The position numbers and the translations under genes were made by a program. From Vicugna vicugna (Eukaryota): a stretch of 64,000 nt of DNA. The stretch is from NCBI GenBank assembly GCA_013265495.1, contig MU058463.1, positions 992,001 to 1,056,000 of the forward strand, in the 5' to 3' direction. A model generated the notes under the pieces. That model worked only from the letters and a program-made list of their open reading frames with translations. It had not been told where the DNA came from and searched no databases. This document shows positions 40,960-53,410 of the stretch, piece by piece. The stretch's first letter is position 1, and every line of letters begins with the position of its first letter.

Positions 40960-41190
40960 CTATGGAAACATAATTCTTGCGTTAGTATCTAGGATTCACC
41001 CTTTAATACAGGTATGGCCTTGGTCAGGTTACTTAAAATTTCCAAATCATGTTTCCTCCTCTACAATTTGGAAATACTGTTTTATAGACTTCACATTAAG
41101 ATTACACTTTGTAATAAATGTTAATTTCTTGGGCCAGTGTTTGCACCATCTTGGCTTCTTTGCAAATGTTAACTATTATCATTATTAAAA
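40960..41190 (+). mobile_element. MIR SINE
   Basis: 'tatggccttggtcaggttacttaaaatttccaaatcatgtttcctcctctacaatttgg...aaatgttaactattatcattatta'. Confidence 0.65.
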
Positions 41191-41789
41191 AAGCAGGGTT
41201 GGGCATGAAAACAATACTGAACTAGTGGCCAAAAGACCTAAGTTTGAATTCTGAATCCTCAAAAGTAGTGGGCAAGTAGTGTTGCTGACTAACATGTAAA
41301 GATTTGTGTTCCGTGCCTATAGTAAAAAGTTGTTGTTATATCAGTTTAAGTATCATATGTAAAGCTGTACTGTAAACAGCCAGTCACTGATGCTCTTAAT
41401 TTACCTTTAGCCCTATTTCTAGAATGATTTAGCTATAGTAGTCTTTATCAGAGTCTCTCGTACAGAATGAAACCTGTCCTCACATACTGGAAAACAAGGT
41501 TTTTTTTCTTCTTCAAATGTGGCCTCTGTTTATGTGACTGGGATCATCTCCTATTCTCTACCTTATACACTGCACTCAAGTTACACACAATTATTTACCA
41601 CTTTCCCAAGTAGATATTCAGACTCAGATAATGTTCTTTCTGGAATATGTATATTTACAAATGATCTTCCTTCTGCTAGAAGCTTACTGCCTCTCCCAAT
41701 TCAGGTCCACTTTTATAATGTAAAAGTGATCTTTGAAAGCATTTATCATCCAGATGTGCCTCAGTTCTTTCATCAGTTGCATGTATTCC

Positions 41790-42380
41790 ATTGTCTGCTA
41801 TTAACCGAAAATTTAGAGAACTGTGAGAATAAATAGATGAGTGTCAGTCGATAGCAAGGCAAACGTCATGTAATTACAAGTTGGATTAACTGAATGAGGT
41901 GAATGGCTCCAGACATTCTAGCTAGGGAAACACCCACAAACAGTAAGGAGATTGGTACTGGGTAATAAGCCCAGTACCAGTCTCCTTACTTAATGAGAGA
42001 AGGGTTTGTTAAACAAATACTTTTAACAATGATTTTCCAGAGACAGATACAGAGACTGCAAACTAACCAAAGTGTCACCATACCCTCTCTCTGCACACAG
42101 CCGTGAAGAACCTTACAAAATACTGATTCTTCTCTAGGGGATAGACCCTCAAGGATATATGTCCCATGTCAACCGAGAATAGGGAGTGGCTGTTGTTGGT
42201 GTCTTCTGGCTGCCCCAGAACCCCATACTTCATTGTTTCCTGAGTAGTTTCATTTGGGGTATTCAGGTGGCCAGAACTGACTCATGGAAGCATCCCATTG
42301 ATTGCTTCTATCTGAAAGACTCAAAAAAGCTTTAGGGGTCTTTTCATAAAGGACTGATCTGTCTTAATAAACAACATGTA
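41790..42380. mobile_element. Probable ancient LTR remnant (family uncertain)
   Basis: A GC-richer block ending '...cttaataaacaaCA' with an AATAAA just before the end. It shares 'gaatggctccag' with 22789-22800. I could not identify the family. Confidence 0.35.
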
Positions 42381-45300
42381 AAGGAAAAAGTGGTAGTGCC
42401 AAATAAATATTTAGTAAATGATCCTTGTCTTATGGATTATGAATTATTATCCAGATAATAAGACATCCTAATTTAGTCTTACATAGTTTAGAAAAGAAAT
42501 GACTGTGTCATCAAATATCTGCCACTTACTCTTGCTCTTTTCATCATCTTCTAACTTAATTTTATATTCTGACAAAAAAACTGAAGCATAGGATAATGAA
42601 AAAACTAAATTAGAAAAATTTTAAATTAAGCACATTAATCTAACAGTGAATTAATATGAATTAAACATGAATGGAAATGTGTATTTATATCTGGTATTTT
42701 CAAATATATATGCACTTGAGAGAGAAGTAAAATACTGCATAGAGTATAAACTGGTTGTATAAACAGAGGTGAGTTCCTCATAGCAAATTTCCACTTACAG
42801 AACTTTTTTCTAACTCTGTATAACTGACCATAAGCATGTTCACTACATCTTCCACTATAATTATCTTGTCATGTATATATCTTGGCATATTTGTAAGAAA
42901 CAATTTCCAGGTGTGTCATGCTTTACCTGACACCATTGAGAATCAAATCAGTCAAATCCGGAAAGGAAGTGACATTTCTGAACTGTTGATATATTGATAC
43001 ATTTGGTCTTCTTCCACAGTTTTCTGTATATAATGATTAAGGAAACGTGGGGATTAGAAGCACAAAGTGTCGTAGAGTGGGAGTGGCACTTGTATGTAGC
43101 ACACCTTGACTCTTGACTCTTAACTTTTATATGTTGAGATGAGTGGGATCTTTACACAGATGGAGATTTAAGACTGCCTGGATAGAAGTTCATGAGTTTG
43201 TATGGGACGTGGGCCAAAAGAGAGCAGTGTAAAGGCTCATACGGTGAGCATGCACATTGGTGTGTGTGTGGGAGGGGTCAGGGTGAGGGTATTGGGAGGG
43301 AGCACAGGACAGCGTAACATTTGATGCTTTGGGGAATAGATGCATGCACAACTCAGTAAACTTGAAGATCAGGAGATGCCTGGTTTTTCTCAGTTTGAGG
43401 CTAGCAGCATTTGGTCTAGACCTCTAAGAGACTGTCTTTACAGAATATAGTAAGAGCACTAAGAGAAAGATCTGAGATAGGGCTACATATGTGGAATTGA
43501 GGGTTCTATGGGGTATTACAGTAGCCATAGGTCCTTATGAAAACATGTTCTAGCAATCTTATACATTACAGAACAAATAGAGGATGATTTTCATCTTTAT
43601 ACAGGGATGGGGTCAGAAAGCCTGCATGAATGATCTCATAATTGAAAACCCAGTATTAAAAGTTGTATTCAAGTATCAAAAAATTAACAGAAAGTACTGT
43701 TAAGGGCCTAATTACCAACTAGAAAACAAAATATATATATATATATTAGTACTGTGGAATTAAAGCTTAAATATAAAATCTCCTATTTATGAATGACCTT
43801 TAATTCTACATAAATTTACTGAGTAATGAAACTAAATGAGAAAATTCTGATGACTAGTTTGCGTCACCCTGATTTCAAACTTATTATCCTTTTGTTTGGT
43901 CAGTAAAGAGAGTAAGATGGACTTTAGGAATGAATGGGTACAAAAACACATTCCTTCCTTCCAAATATTAAATACAGTATGTTTTATTTCTCTTTGTTTT
44001 TGAAGTTAAGGACTAATTGTTCCACACTCCTGCAGTAGCAAATGTTTTCACTGCTCACATTGCCATTTAAAGTTGCAGAAACACATATGAAACCCCATAA
44101 GTCATCCTGTACTAAAGGAACAAGGGGACACTGTGACCTGCAACACTATATGTTGCTGGCAATAGAAGGTGCTAAATTTAATTTGAACTAAAGCTCTAAG
44201 GAAATACCCAAGATTAAATGTCCACATTCTTGAAATCTTGTTTAACTTACCTACACAGAAGCAATATATATTTTTTTATTTTGTAGTGTCACTGGTGCCT
44301 TGTTTTTGTATACATTATTAGTACACAGTGATCGATTATAGCTCATACAGTGACATTCGGTTAACGGCAATTGGTAAGATTTCTCAAAAGAAAAATGAGA
44401 ATCTCTTTTCTTGATTTAGAAAATATCTATCTTTCTTTAGTTATATGGCATTTTAAAGAGAAACAGGCTCATATCCAGAAACAACAACTAAAGAATGATG
44501 TTAAAATAAAAATAACTTCCACTAATAACAAAAAGCTGAACAATGCTTGCTTTACAGTTGATACCCACATTAGAAGCTTTGTAGACTTTTCGAAGTCTTC
44601 CTTATCAGTATGCTTGTGAAGTCTTCTCAATGTGACAGAATATTACAATTTACATTCTGCACTTGAAACCATTCTCATTAGAATAACTGTCAGTAAATGT
44701 CAAGGAGGCCATTGTTCATTTGATTGCCAAAATTTGGACCTTTTTTTTTTAACATTTGTACTGTATCTAATTCTGATATTTTGAGTGATATTATGGCAAT
44801 GACATGAAAATAAATTTTCTTCCTTTATAAAACAATTGAAACTATCATGACTCAATGAAAAACAAATAATCAGATTTTAACACTTAAAAACTGTAAATTT
44901 CATTCATCTTAATACAAAAACAAAGTTTTCATGATTATTGGTATCTTCTGACAAAGATAGTCCAGATATTACTGCCTGCAATTATGAAGGCATATATGAG
45001 CCAAAACAACCCTCATTTGTAAACATGCATATAAACTGAAAGAGCACTGGTCCTTCAGGATTTATTGCTAAAGTGATTTGACTCACAATTATATTGCTTT
45101 GTTTAAAATACATGGGCAATGCCACTAAGTTTTGTTACAGCCTAGATTGTCATACCTTGCATAATTCAGTGTTGACCAAGCATCAGGGGAAGTATAGAAA
45201 TTTGAGCTAGTCATTTTGAGGCAAGATGGTGCTGCGTTCATGCAAGTATGAGGTGTGATCCAACAATTATGTGCTGAATGTAGATTAGAGGGGGAAAAAA

Positions 45301-47170
45301 TTACCCCAGGCATTCTCTTTGGAATCATTCCTATTTTATTCCTTAAGCTTCTCTTCTAGGGTCTTAAAACATTGTTGCTGATAGGTATGGGAAAGTGCTA
45401 TTTTTTTTTTTTTTGGCTTGCTTTGAATTTTCCTGTCTTATCCCCACCTCCATCCCATGCCCTTATCATTGTGTAGGGAGGATGGTTATGAAGATTCATA
45501 CTTGGCTGCATAAAGTGACTCACAGTCAAACCTTACAGACATACCTTGTCATTGCAAACTGAACTATTTAGCATTATTATTTTCTTGGGTATTCTTTGTC
45601 TTATATTCAAGGCGGTTTATCTCTCTGAAAGCTATGAACTTCTGGTTAGCGTGGACTCTTTTCAAACTGGTCATAAATAAGCAAAATATCTTATAAAATG
45701 TCAAGTTTTTATGTAGATGTTATTTCTTATATGGTTTTAAAATTTATATATGAGTATGTATATATACACATATGTTGTATACACATATATGTACATAAGG
45801 TCATACAGATATAACTTCTTCATTGTAATGAAAAATTTAGAAATTTAGAAGTGGGTTGCCTAGAACTGTTTATATTACAAGCTCAAACAAGGAAATTGAA
45901 CTTTCTGCTAAAGCAAACAGTAAAATTTTAAAATATAATAAATAAGTACACATTAAATGTCCTTTTGAAACAAAATATTTGGGAAAGTTATTAAAAATTA
46001 TTCAAGTGAATGCTGAAGCATCAGTAAGTTCACAATAGGAAGAAACAGGACCTATTATAGAAGGTTAAATTCAGTTATAAAAATTTAAAGAACTTCTTAA
46101 TAATGTCTCCTATTATTTGAGAGTAAAGATATTTCTAAATGGATAATTTGGATTTATATATGACTTCCTCATTGCTCTCAGTATCTACATTTACTTAATG
46201 AAGATTACCTGACATTTTTATAGACACATGGAAATTGTGTAGAACTAAATTGTGTTCAGTAATTAATGACTTAATAAAAATAAACATGAATATCAGTTTG
46301 CAAACAGTAACAGGTATTGCATCATATAGTATAAATAAAGGAATAGTCACACTTATAAATATAATTTTATTTTAAAGTCCATATGCAAAATATTTTTCAT
46401 TTCTTCTATTTAGAACATAGGTTTTCTGAAAAAGCAGTTCAGTGTAAGTATTAGATATATATTATGCAATATATATATTTTACAAAGTATGATATTTATA
46501 TGGAATACCAAAGATGCATAATAATCAGATAACTTAAAATTAAGAATTTTACCACGTTACAGGATACAGGATCCAAAATAAAATATTTCTAAGGAAAATT
46601 CTGTTCAATTTTGTGAACAGCTATATTTCAGTGATCTGCAGTTTTAGTTTTTAATTTTGTTGATAATGACATTTAAATTTGACATTTATTTTAGTCTGAA
46701 TTTACTAAAAAAATGAACAATTTATAAAACTGTAATTTATCCAAAGTAACATGTCAATCAGTTGATTTTTTTAAATTTGAATTTGTTTTGCTTTAATACT
46801 GTTTTTATTTTGATGAGTAGCATAAATTAAATCTAGCATATCAAATTTACCATCTCCTGACTATCACAGTTTAACACAATGCTGAGTTAAAGACGAATTT
46901 AAAAATACTTAGGAAATACTTACAGGCCCTGTATGAGAATGATTGAAGATGAGTACCTCACATTTTATGCTCATTTTTCAATAGTGGATATTTTCTGTAG
47001 TACGCCTGGCATGCAGGAAAAACTCAGCAGTATGTTGAGGAAATTAATGAAGGTAATAACACTTTCTTGCAGTTCATTTTATTTACTCTAGAAAAAAGCG
47101 CACCATTTTATGTATTCTTAAGCATATTTTTTTCTGAACTCATCCTCCATACAGACAGAGGTTTAATATA

Positions 47171-47408
47171 CAGTTGACCCTTGAAAAAGTAGGGCTTAGG
47201 GGCCAGACCCCACATGAAGTCCCAGTATAACTTTATATCTGACCCCCGTTACAGGCGGTTCCTCCACACTTACAATTCAGCATCTGTAGATTCAACCAAT
47301 AGCAGATCACGTGTCATACTGAGGTACACATTTATTGGAAAAAAATCTGCTTATAAGTGGGACTACTGCAGTTTAATCCCTGTTGTATCTTTTGTTAAGG
47401 GTTTAATG
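47171..47408. mobile_element. Tigger2-derived MITE (MER8-like, TcMar-Tigger)
   Basis: Starts ta|CAGTTGACCCTTGAA (Tigger terminal inverted repeat after a TA), has internal 'gattcaaccaatagcagatc' and 'aaaaaatctgcttataagtgg', and a degenerate right end 'ttgttaagggtttaatg'. About 240 bp. Confidence 0.8.
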
Positions 47409-48480
47409 TCTAGATATGGAAAGAACTGGTACTTCAGCTAAGTTATCTTGAGATCAAGTTTGTGTTTTCTCTTGAGCTAAGTGCACACAATCTTTAGACT
47501 CTTGGTATAAAGTTTTAGAAATAGAAGGAAATTTAGAAATGCTATAAATTCTTCACATAAGATCAGATAGATAGAGATGGATGATCAGTGTCTCATGGTA
47601 GTGGTGGCATCATTGCTTCTACAAGCCAAGTATTCTGATTGCATTAGATGCTTTTCCAAAAAGAAAAACTGCTTGTAATTCTCATTCCTGCCTTTAAATA
47701 TATACCAAAACATTTTATGAATAAATATTAGAGTCTGAATGTCAAACTATAGTTGTTGACTAAATTCCCAAAGATTAAATTAGTATTTGTAATTGTGTAT
47801 CCTTATGATATACTGCTATTAAAAATAAAGATTTGCTCTTTAATGTGAAGATGTATTGACAAGGAATGTAAAAAAAGGGACAAAGTTAATGGCTAAAGTG
47901 TCTTTTACATTTTTATCTTCTATTTAATTCTTCTCTCTGCTTTATCTCAATGTAAAATTGTAATGTCTTCCTAATTTAAATTGGAGTTACTTTGGGAATA
48001 CAAGTACACAACACACGAATCTTTTCCTAACTAATATCTAGTGTAATAGCACTTTTAAGTGCTTTTGCAAAGGAAGGAAAGAAGGGACAATTCATTAACT
48101 TACTAAGCCATTGTATGTATGTCATTTTGATTTTATTATTTTAAAATTACTGTATTTAGGTAAAAATTTCCCCAATTTTACACATAAAGTTTTGAATTCT
48201 CCAAATAGCTAATGTCACATATTTAGTAAACTGCAAATGCAGATATCCCAAGGAGATAGAGCAGAAGGATCTGTTATGTATATAAACCAATTTAAAAAAT
48301 TCACTAACAACAGTTATAGCAACAAATAGTATTTGGTCCTTACTGAGCATGTATAGTAATAGTAAACATACAGAAATACAAGATGTCAATAATCCATTCA
48401 ATCAAAATGTAGCAAATATTTATTGAGCACATTTCAAAATAAAGTTCAAAGATTTTTTATTCTGATTTAAATTAAAACTA

Positions 48481-49066
48481 TTATTTTTTAAATTGAACTA
48501 TAGTCAGTTTACAGTGTGTCAGTTTCTGGTGTACAGTACAATGTTTCAATCTTACATATGCATACATATATTCATTTTCATAGTCTTTTTCATTATAGGT
48601 CACTACAAGATATTGAATACAGTTCCCTGTGCTATACAGAAGAAAACTGTTGTTACCTATTTTATATATAGTAGTTAATATTTGCACATCTCAAACTCCC
48701 AATTGATCCCTTCCCACCCGCTTTCCCCCAGTAACCATAAATTTGTTTACTATGTCTGTGAGTCTGTTTTGTAGATAAGTTATTAGTGTTTTCTTTTCTT
48801 TTTTTTTTAGATTCCACATATGAGTGATAGCATATGTATTTTTCTTTCTCTTTCTGGCTTACTGCACTTAGGATGACCAGTTTCAGGTCCATCCATGTTA
48901 CTGCAAATGCAAATGGCATTTTTTATTCTTTCTTATGGCTGAGTAGTACTTCATTGTATAAATATACTATAGCTTCCTTATCCAGTCATCTGTTGATGGA
49001 CATTTGGGTTGTTTCCATGTCTTAGCTATCATACATAGTGCTGCTATGGACATTGGGGTGCATGTT
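48481..49066 (-). mobile_element. Relatively young camelid/cetartiodactyl LINE-1 3' end, antisense
   Basis: Contains 'tatagtcagtttacagtgtgtcagtttctggtgtacag', 'cactacaagatattgaatacagttccctgtgctatacag', 'ttttagattccacatatgagtgata' and 'gttgatggacatttgggttgtttccatgtctt'. The minus-strand ORF 48662-48919 ('MPFAFAVTWMDL..ILS.VSQ') is L1 ORF2 C-terminal residue. Confidence 0.9.
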
Positions 49067-51694
49067 TAAGATTAAATAAGACTATTGTTATATCCAGATG
49101 GAAACTAAGTAAATGAAGGTGTTCTGTGTTGTGGGTTTTTGATTTCTTACCCAGATAAGAAATTTTAAATTCACAGGATGAGACAGCAAATTAAGTCTCC
49201 TAAACAAAGACCCAGAGGTAATAAAAAAAAATTAATTACTACATACATGGAACTTGGTCCTTAAGATTTATATATTCAGCCATCAAGAAGCTTTGAAGCT
49301 TGAGATTATGATAATTTATTATTTTGAAGCAAATAGATTTTTTATTCAAATTTTAGCAGAAGCATGAATTCAGAGTTTAAATCCTAACTCTGCTTGTTCC
49401 AGTACTGTAGAGAAGTATCCTAAAAGTGATAGTCATTAGTTTTTATAGCTGTAGGGATATTGATATTGACTCCATGAAGTTGTTTTTAGGTTAAACAAGA
49501 AAATATTGGATGGAAATCAAAACAGTTTTAGATTCAGTGTTGGTTTCCTTAAAGCTTATTTTACACATTTTTTTGAGAAATAAGACTTTTTAAGTATATT
49601 GATTAATGGTATAATATTGTATATTATATACTCAAAGTGAGTTGGTGGAGTTAGTGAATGTTGTATGCATATTTACGTAGCTGAGGTGTTCAAACACGGC
49701 TTAATAGATGGTCTTCTCTGCTCTTGTAGTAGTATAAGGGAAGTTAATGCATGAATCTTAAAACATAAAAGATACTTCCATAAAGAGTTTATGGAAGGTT
49801 TTCAGAAGGTGCACAGGGATCCTGACAGGAAGAGATGAAGTAAATGAAGATAGTGCTAGAATATAGATGTTTTGAAATGCTGTGTTCAGGAATTGAATTT
49901 TTAATTGTGGCTAGTTCTTTCTGAGCTTTTGAGTATGCCTGCTTTACATACTACATTAAAACAGGAATTCTATTATGGTTGAAACAAAAAAGCTTTTTAT
50001 CATCTAAGAACAATTATGTTTTTAAATATTCTGTATTTCTGTTTATCATTTAGATTCATTTTAAAGGCATACAATTTGCATTACTAATACCAAGAGTACA
50101 ATGTTATTGCTTTGGCATTCTAATGCATTAAAACAAAAATAGTAATTCCTTCAGTAGATAAAAATAATAATGTTTTGTACATTTTACTGCAAAAGCTATA
50201 AATGCAATGATAAGTATACAGTTCTTTAAGGATAAATTATTTACATTAAAACACCACAAAGACAATTTAGCTTAGAAGAAATAATTTATTTTCCACTGCA
50301 CAGAACAGAAAAATAAAACATGATAGTCATTCAATTTAATAATAGTGAGATGACACGTTACATGTTTTAATAAACCACATGATTGATAGAAACAAAATCA
50401 TGTTTTTTGTCTATCCAACTTATCCCTTTGTTTTGCTACTAGAATATATTGAACCCATCAAAATCCACGGCAATGACAATATATTTATTCATCTTTTTAT
50501 TAATTCATTCATTTGGACTAGAGAAATTTAGTCAACAGTATGAATGACACACAGAAGTGGTTATTTAGAAAGAGTGACTATTTTTGTGTAGAAAGTTAAG
50601 ATGCAATTAATGCCAAGAAATCAGTGAGGAGACTATTGCTACAGTGAGTTAGAAGAAAGAAGAGAAGGGATACAGACATGTTAACAAAAAATAATAATGT
50701 AATTGGGTAATCCAATAGGGAATATGGGAATAGGAGGAGAAAACTGTTTATTTTCAAATATATTCATAGAAAAATGCCAAATTTTCACTCAGTTATTTGT
50801 AATCTTTCCGTGTCCAACCTAGACTTGTTTTACTTTCCTCGCTTTCCTCAATTCCTCTTTTCATTCTCCTTTAATTTGCAATTTGAGTTAGTCCGTAGAG
50901 GGGAAAAAAAAACCCCACTTTAACAGTTACAAAGAGGAAAAAAATATTAAATGGAAATTTAGAGATTTGACACCATACTTCAAAGAACAATGCTGGAAGT
51001 ACACGCTGAGAGCCCCTCGGAGGTCCCCTCTGCCTCAGCCACCCGACATAGGTGCTGCTGTTGGTAGTCTCCACACTTTCTCCACGACTGCTCTTAAAAA
51101 CCAAAGCTGCCACTGCCATATACCCAGATTCGTAGCTGTGTTCATGCCTTCGTGCTTCACGCTGGGATGATGAGTTCCTGACTTTTGTCTTGGGAAGCTG
51201 GACGCAGAGTAGCAAATACCTCTCTTTTGATAACAGGTACTCAGAATTCTTCCCGCAGCCAAAAAGTGTGGAAATAATCCATTTCCATACTGAACTCTGT
51301 TCATTCTTCATCAATCACTACTTAACTAACTTGAAAAATATTTTCTATATTCTTATCCCAATTTGTGAAATAGTGATACTGACAATCAACTGAGACAACC
51401 AATTCACTTGGATAGATTTGGTGATAAAAATATACGAGTTAGCCTTACTTATTACTGTGACAGGTCCATGTACATTTTAAGTTAAATGACTGGGTGTGAA
51501 CCAGATAAAATTTTGAAATGGACTTTGTACTTACTGAGCATGGACTATAGGTATTCATTTCAACTTGTGATAAAATGGGTTTCTTCTGTTGTGGGATATG
51601 TCTGTGTTTGGGAAGACGTGGGTAGCTTATCTCAGATACAGAAGCAGGGAGTTTGGTTTCTGTTTCTTTTACATTTTCCCATAGTTCCTGTGGA

Positions 51695-52148
51695 AGTCTC
51701 CTAGAGTTGCCATGACACATTACCATAAACTTGGTGGCTTAAATTAACAGGAATTTGTTTTCCCACAGTCCTTGTTGCCAGAGTTTAAAGTAAAAAATGT
51801 CAGCAAGGTAGCGCTCTTCACGGAGGCTCCAGGGGTGAATCCTTCCTTCTCCAGCTTCAAGTGCCTGTCAGCATTTCTTGATTTCCTTGGCTTGTTGCCA
51901 CATCATTCCAATCTTTGCCTCACCTTAATATCACCTTTTCCTCTGGGTGTTCCATCTCCTCCTCTGTATCTTATAAGAGCATTTGTCATTCAATTTAAGG
52001 CCTACAGAGTCTCCAGGATGATCTCACTTTCAGATGCTTAATTGTATCTGCAAGTGCCCATTTTCCAAATAAAGATTTGCAGGTTCACAGGGTCCAGGGA
52101 TTTAGACATAGACAAACCTTGTTGGTGGCCACCATTTAAGCCATTAGA
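51695..52148 (-). mobile_element. MaLR LTR (MLT1C/D-like), antisense
   Basis: 'gttgccatgacacattaccataaacttggtggcttaaa...ggaggctccaggggtgaatccttcc...tctcttataag...ccattttccaaataaag'. Confidence 0.85.
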
Positions 52149-53139
52149 GTACTATATGGGCTAATTTAAAACACCATTGAATGACAAATTTTACTTTCAT
52201 TCACTTACTGATTCCATTGATCTCTTGGGAAACATGACAGAATATCCACCATGTAGGTTTTAACCCTCAAGGCACTGGTGAAACAAAAATCAACAAGTAA
52301 ATGTCTCTGGCTCTAAAGAGTTCATAATATGTTGATCTAAAAAATATACATTGTATTTTAAAAACCATTTATAATAAGTATTTTTTAATAGAAATGTATA
52401 CATGTGCATCAGTGTATATGGGAATTAGCATCTATTTTACATCTCAAAAAGTAGAGGGCGGTTATAGGAAGAAGTGTGGGAGAAAATGACACTGAGGTGA
52501 GATTGGAAAGTGTGAAGGTATCTGGGATGCAATCAGAAAAGCAGTTACTCAGCTAAAGTTTATCTGTAGATGTTCATAAACATTTTAATCTATTTCATCA
52601 CATTTAAATCCAATACATTTGAGTATAGCAGTGATTATGCTGAATTTAATAACATGTAGCTTGTTTGTTGCCAGTATATCCAATTTATTTTTAATTAAGT
52701 ATAAGCCAATAAATTAATGAGTGCAAAAATATATCAGAACCATTTGCAATAGAGCAATTGGAAAAATTGACCCAGTTCTATTTAAATGTCAGTACTAATT
52801 TTAAAATTTATGATAAAAAAGAAAGGTATGTGTCTTAGACACATGAAATTGGCACTATCACTTAACAGATATTATTCATACTGGAAATACTCCTCCTGAA
52901 TTCACCAAGATATTCAACTAATGTGGGCCCCACACTCAAAATTTTATGTAGCATTACTTATTTCTCTGAGAAGATTTTCTAGATCTCTGGTATATTATCT
53001 TTTGCTTAATGACACTATGTCCTCCTAAACATTCAGAATTAAAATGCAGGTGGAAAAAATGATTCTACAATAGTTACCTTACAGAAATTCTTTTCTTAAC
53101 TGATGTATTTACATATCATGTAATTTGTGATATTTTTGA

Positions 53140-53410
53140 TGCTAAACTGATGCCACTGCTGGAAGGGGGCCACAACCTGAGAAATGTGTGCAGCCTTCAG
53201 AATCTAGGAAGGGCAGGGAAGAGATTCTCTCCTAGAAAGAAAGGAACACAGAAGGAATGCAGCTCTGTAAACACCTTGATTTTAGCCCTGTCACACTTAT
53301 TTTGGACTTCTGACCTGAAAAACTATTCAATAATAAATTTGTGTCATTTTGAGGAACAAAATCTGTGGTAATCTGTTACTGCAACAATATAAACTAATGC
53401 AGATTTTGGT
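53140..53410 (+). mobile_element. MaLR LTR 3' part (MLT1D-like) with the start of the internal sequence
   Basis: 'gggaagagattctctcctaga...acaccttgattttagccc...ttggacttctgacc...ataaatttgtgtcatttt...tgtggtaatctgttactgcaacaata..aactaatgca' followed by 'gattttggt'. Confidence 0.85.

Noticed and set aside
48481..49025. Cluster of four overlapping ORFs
   Set aside because: They are read-throughs of an L1 3' end. 'MPFA..TWMDL..ILS.VSQ' is decayed L1 ORF2 C-terminus.
51167..51293. C/D-box snoRNA (ATGATGA ... CTGA)
   Set aside because: No terminal stem and no evident rRNA-antisense element. These boxes are common by chance.
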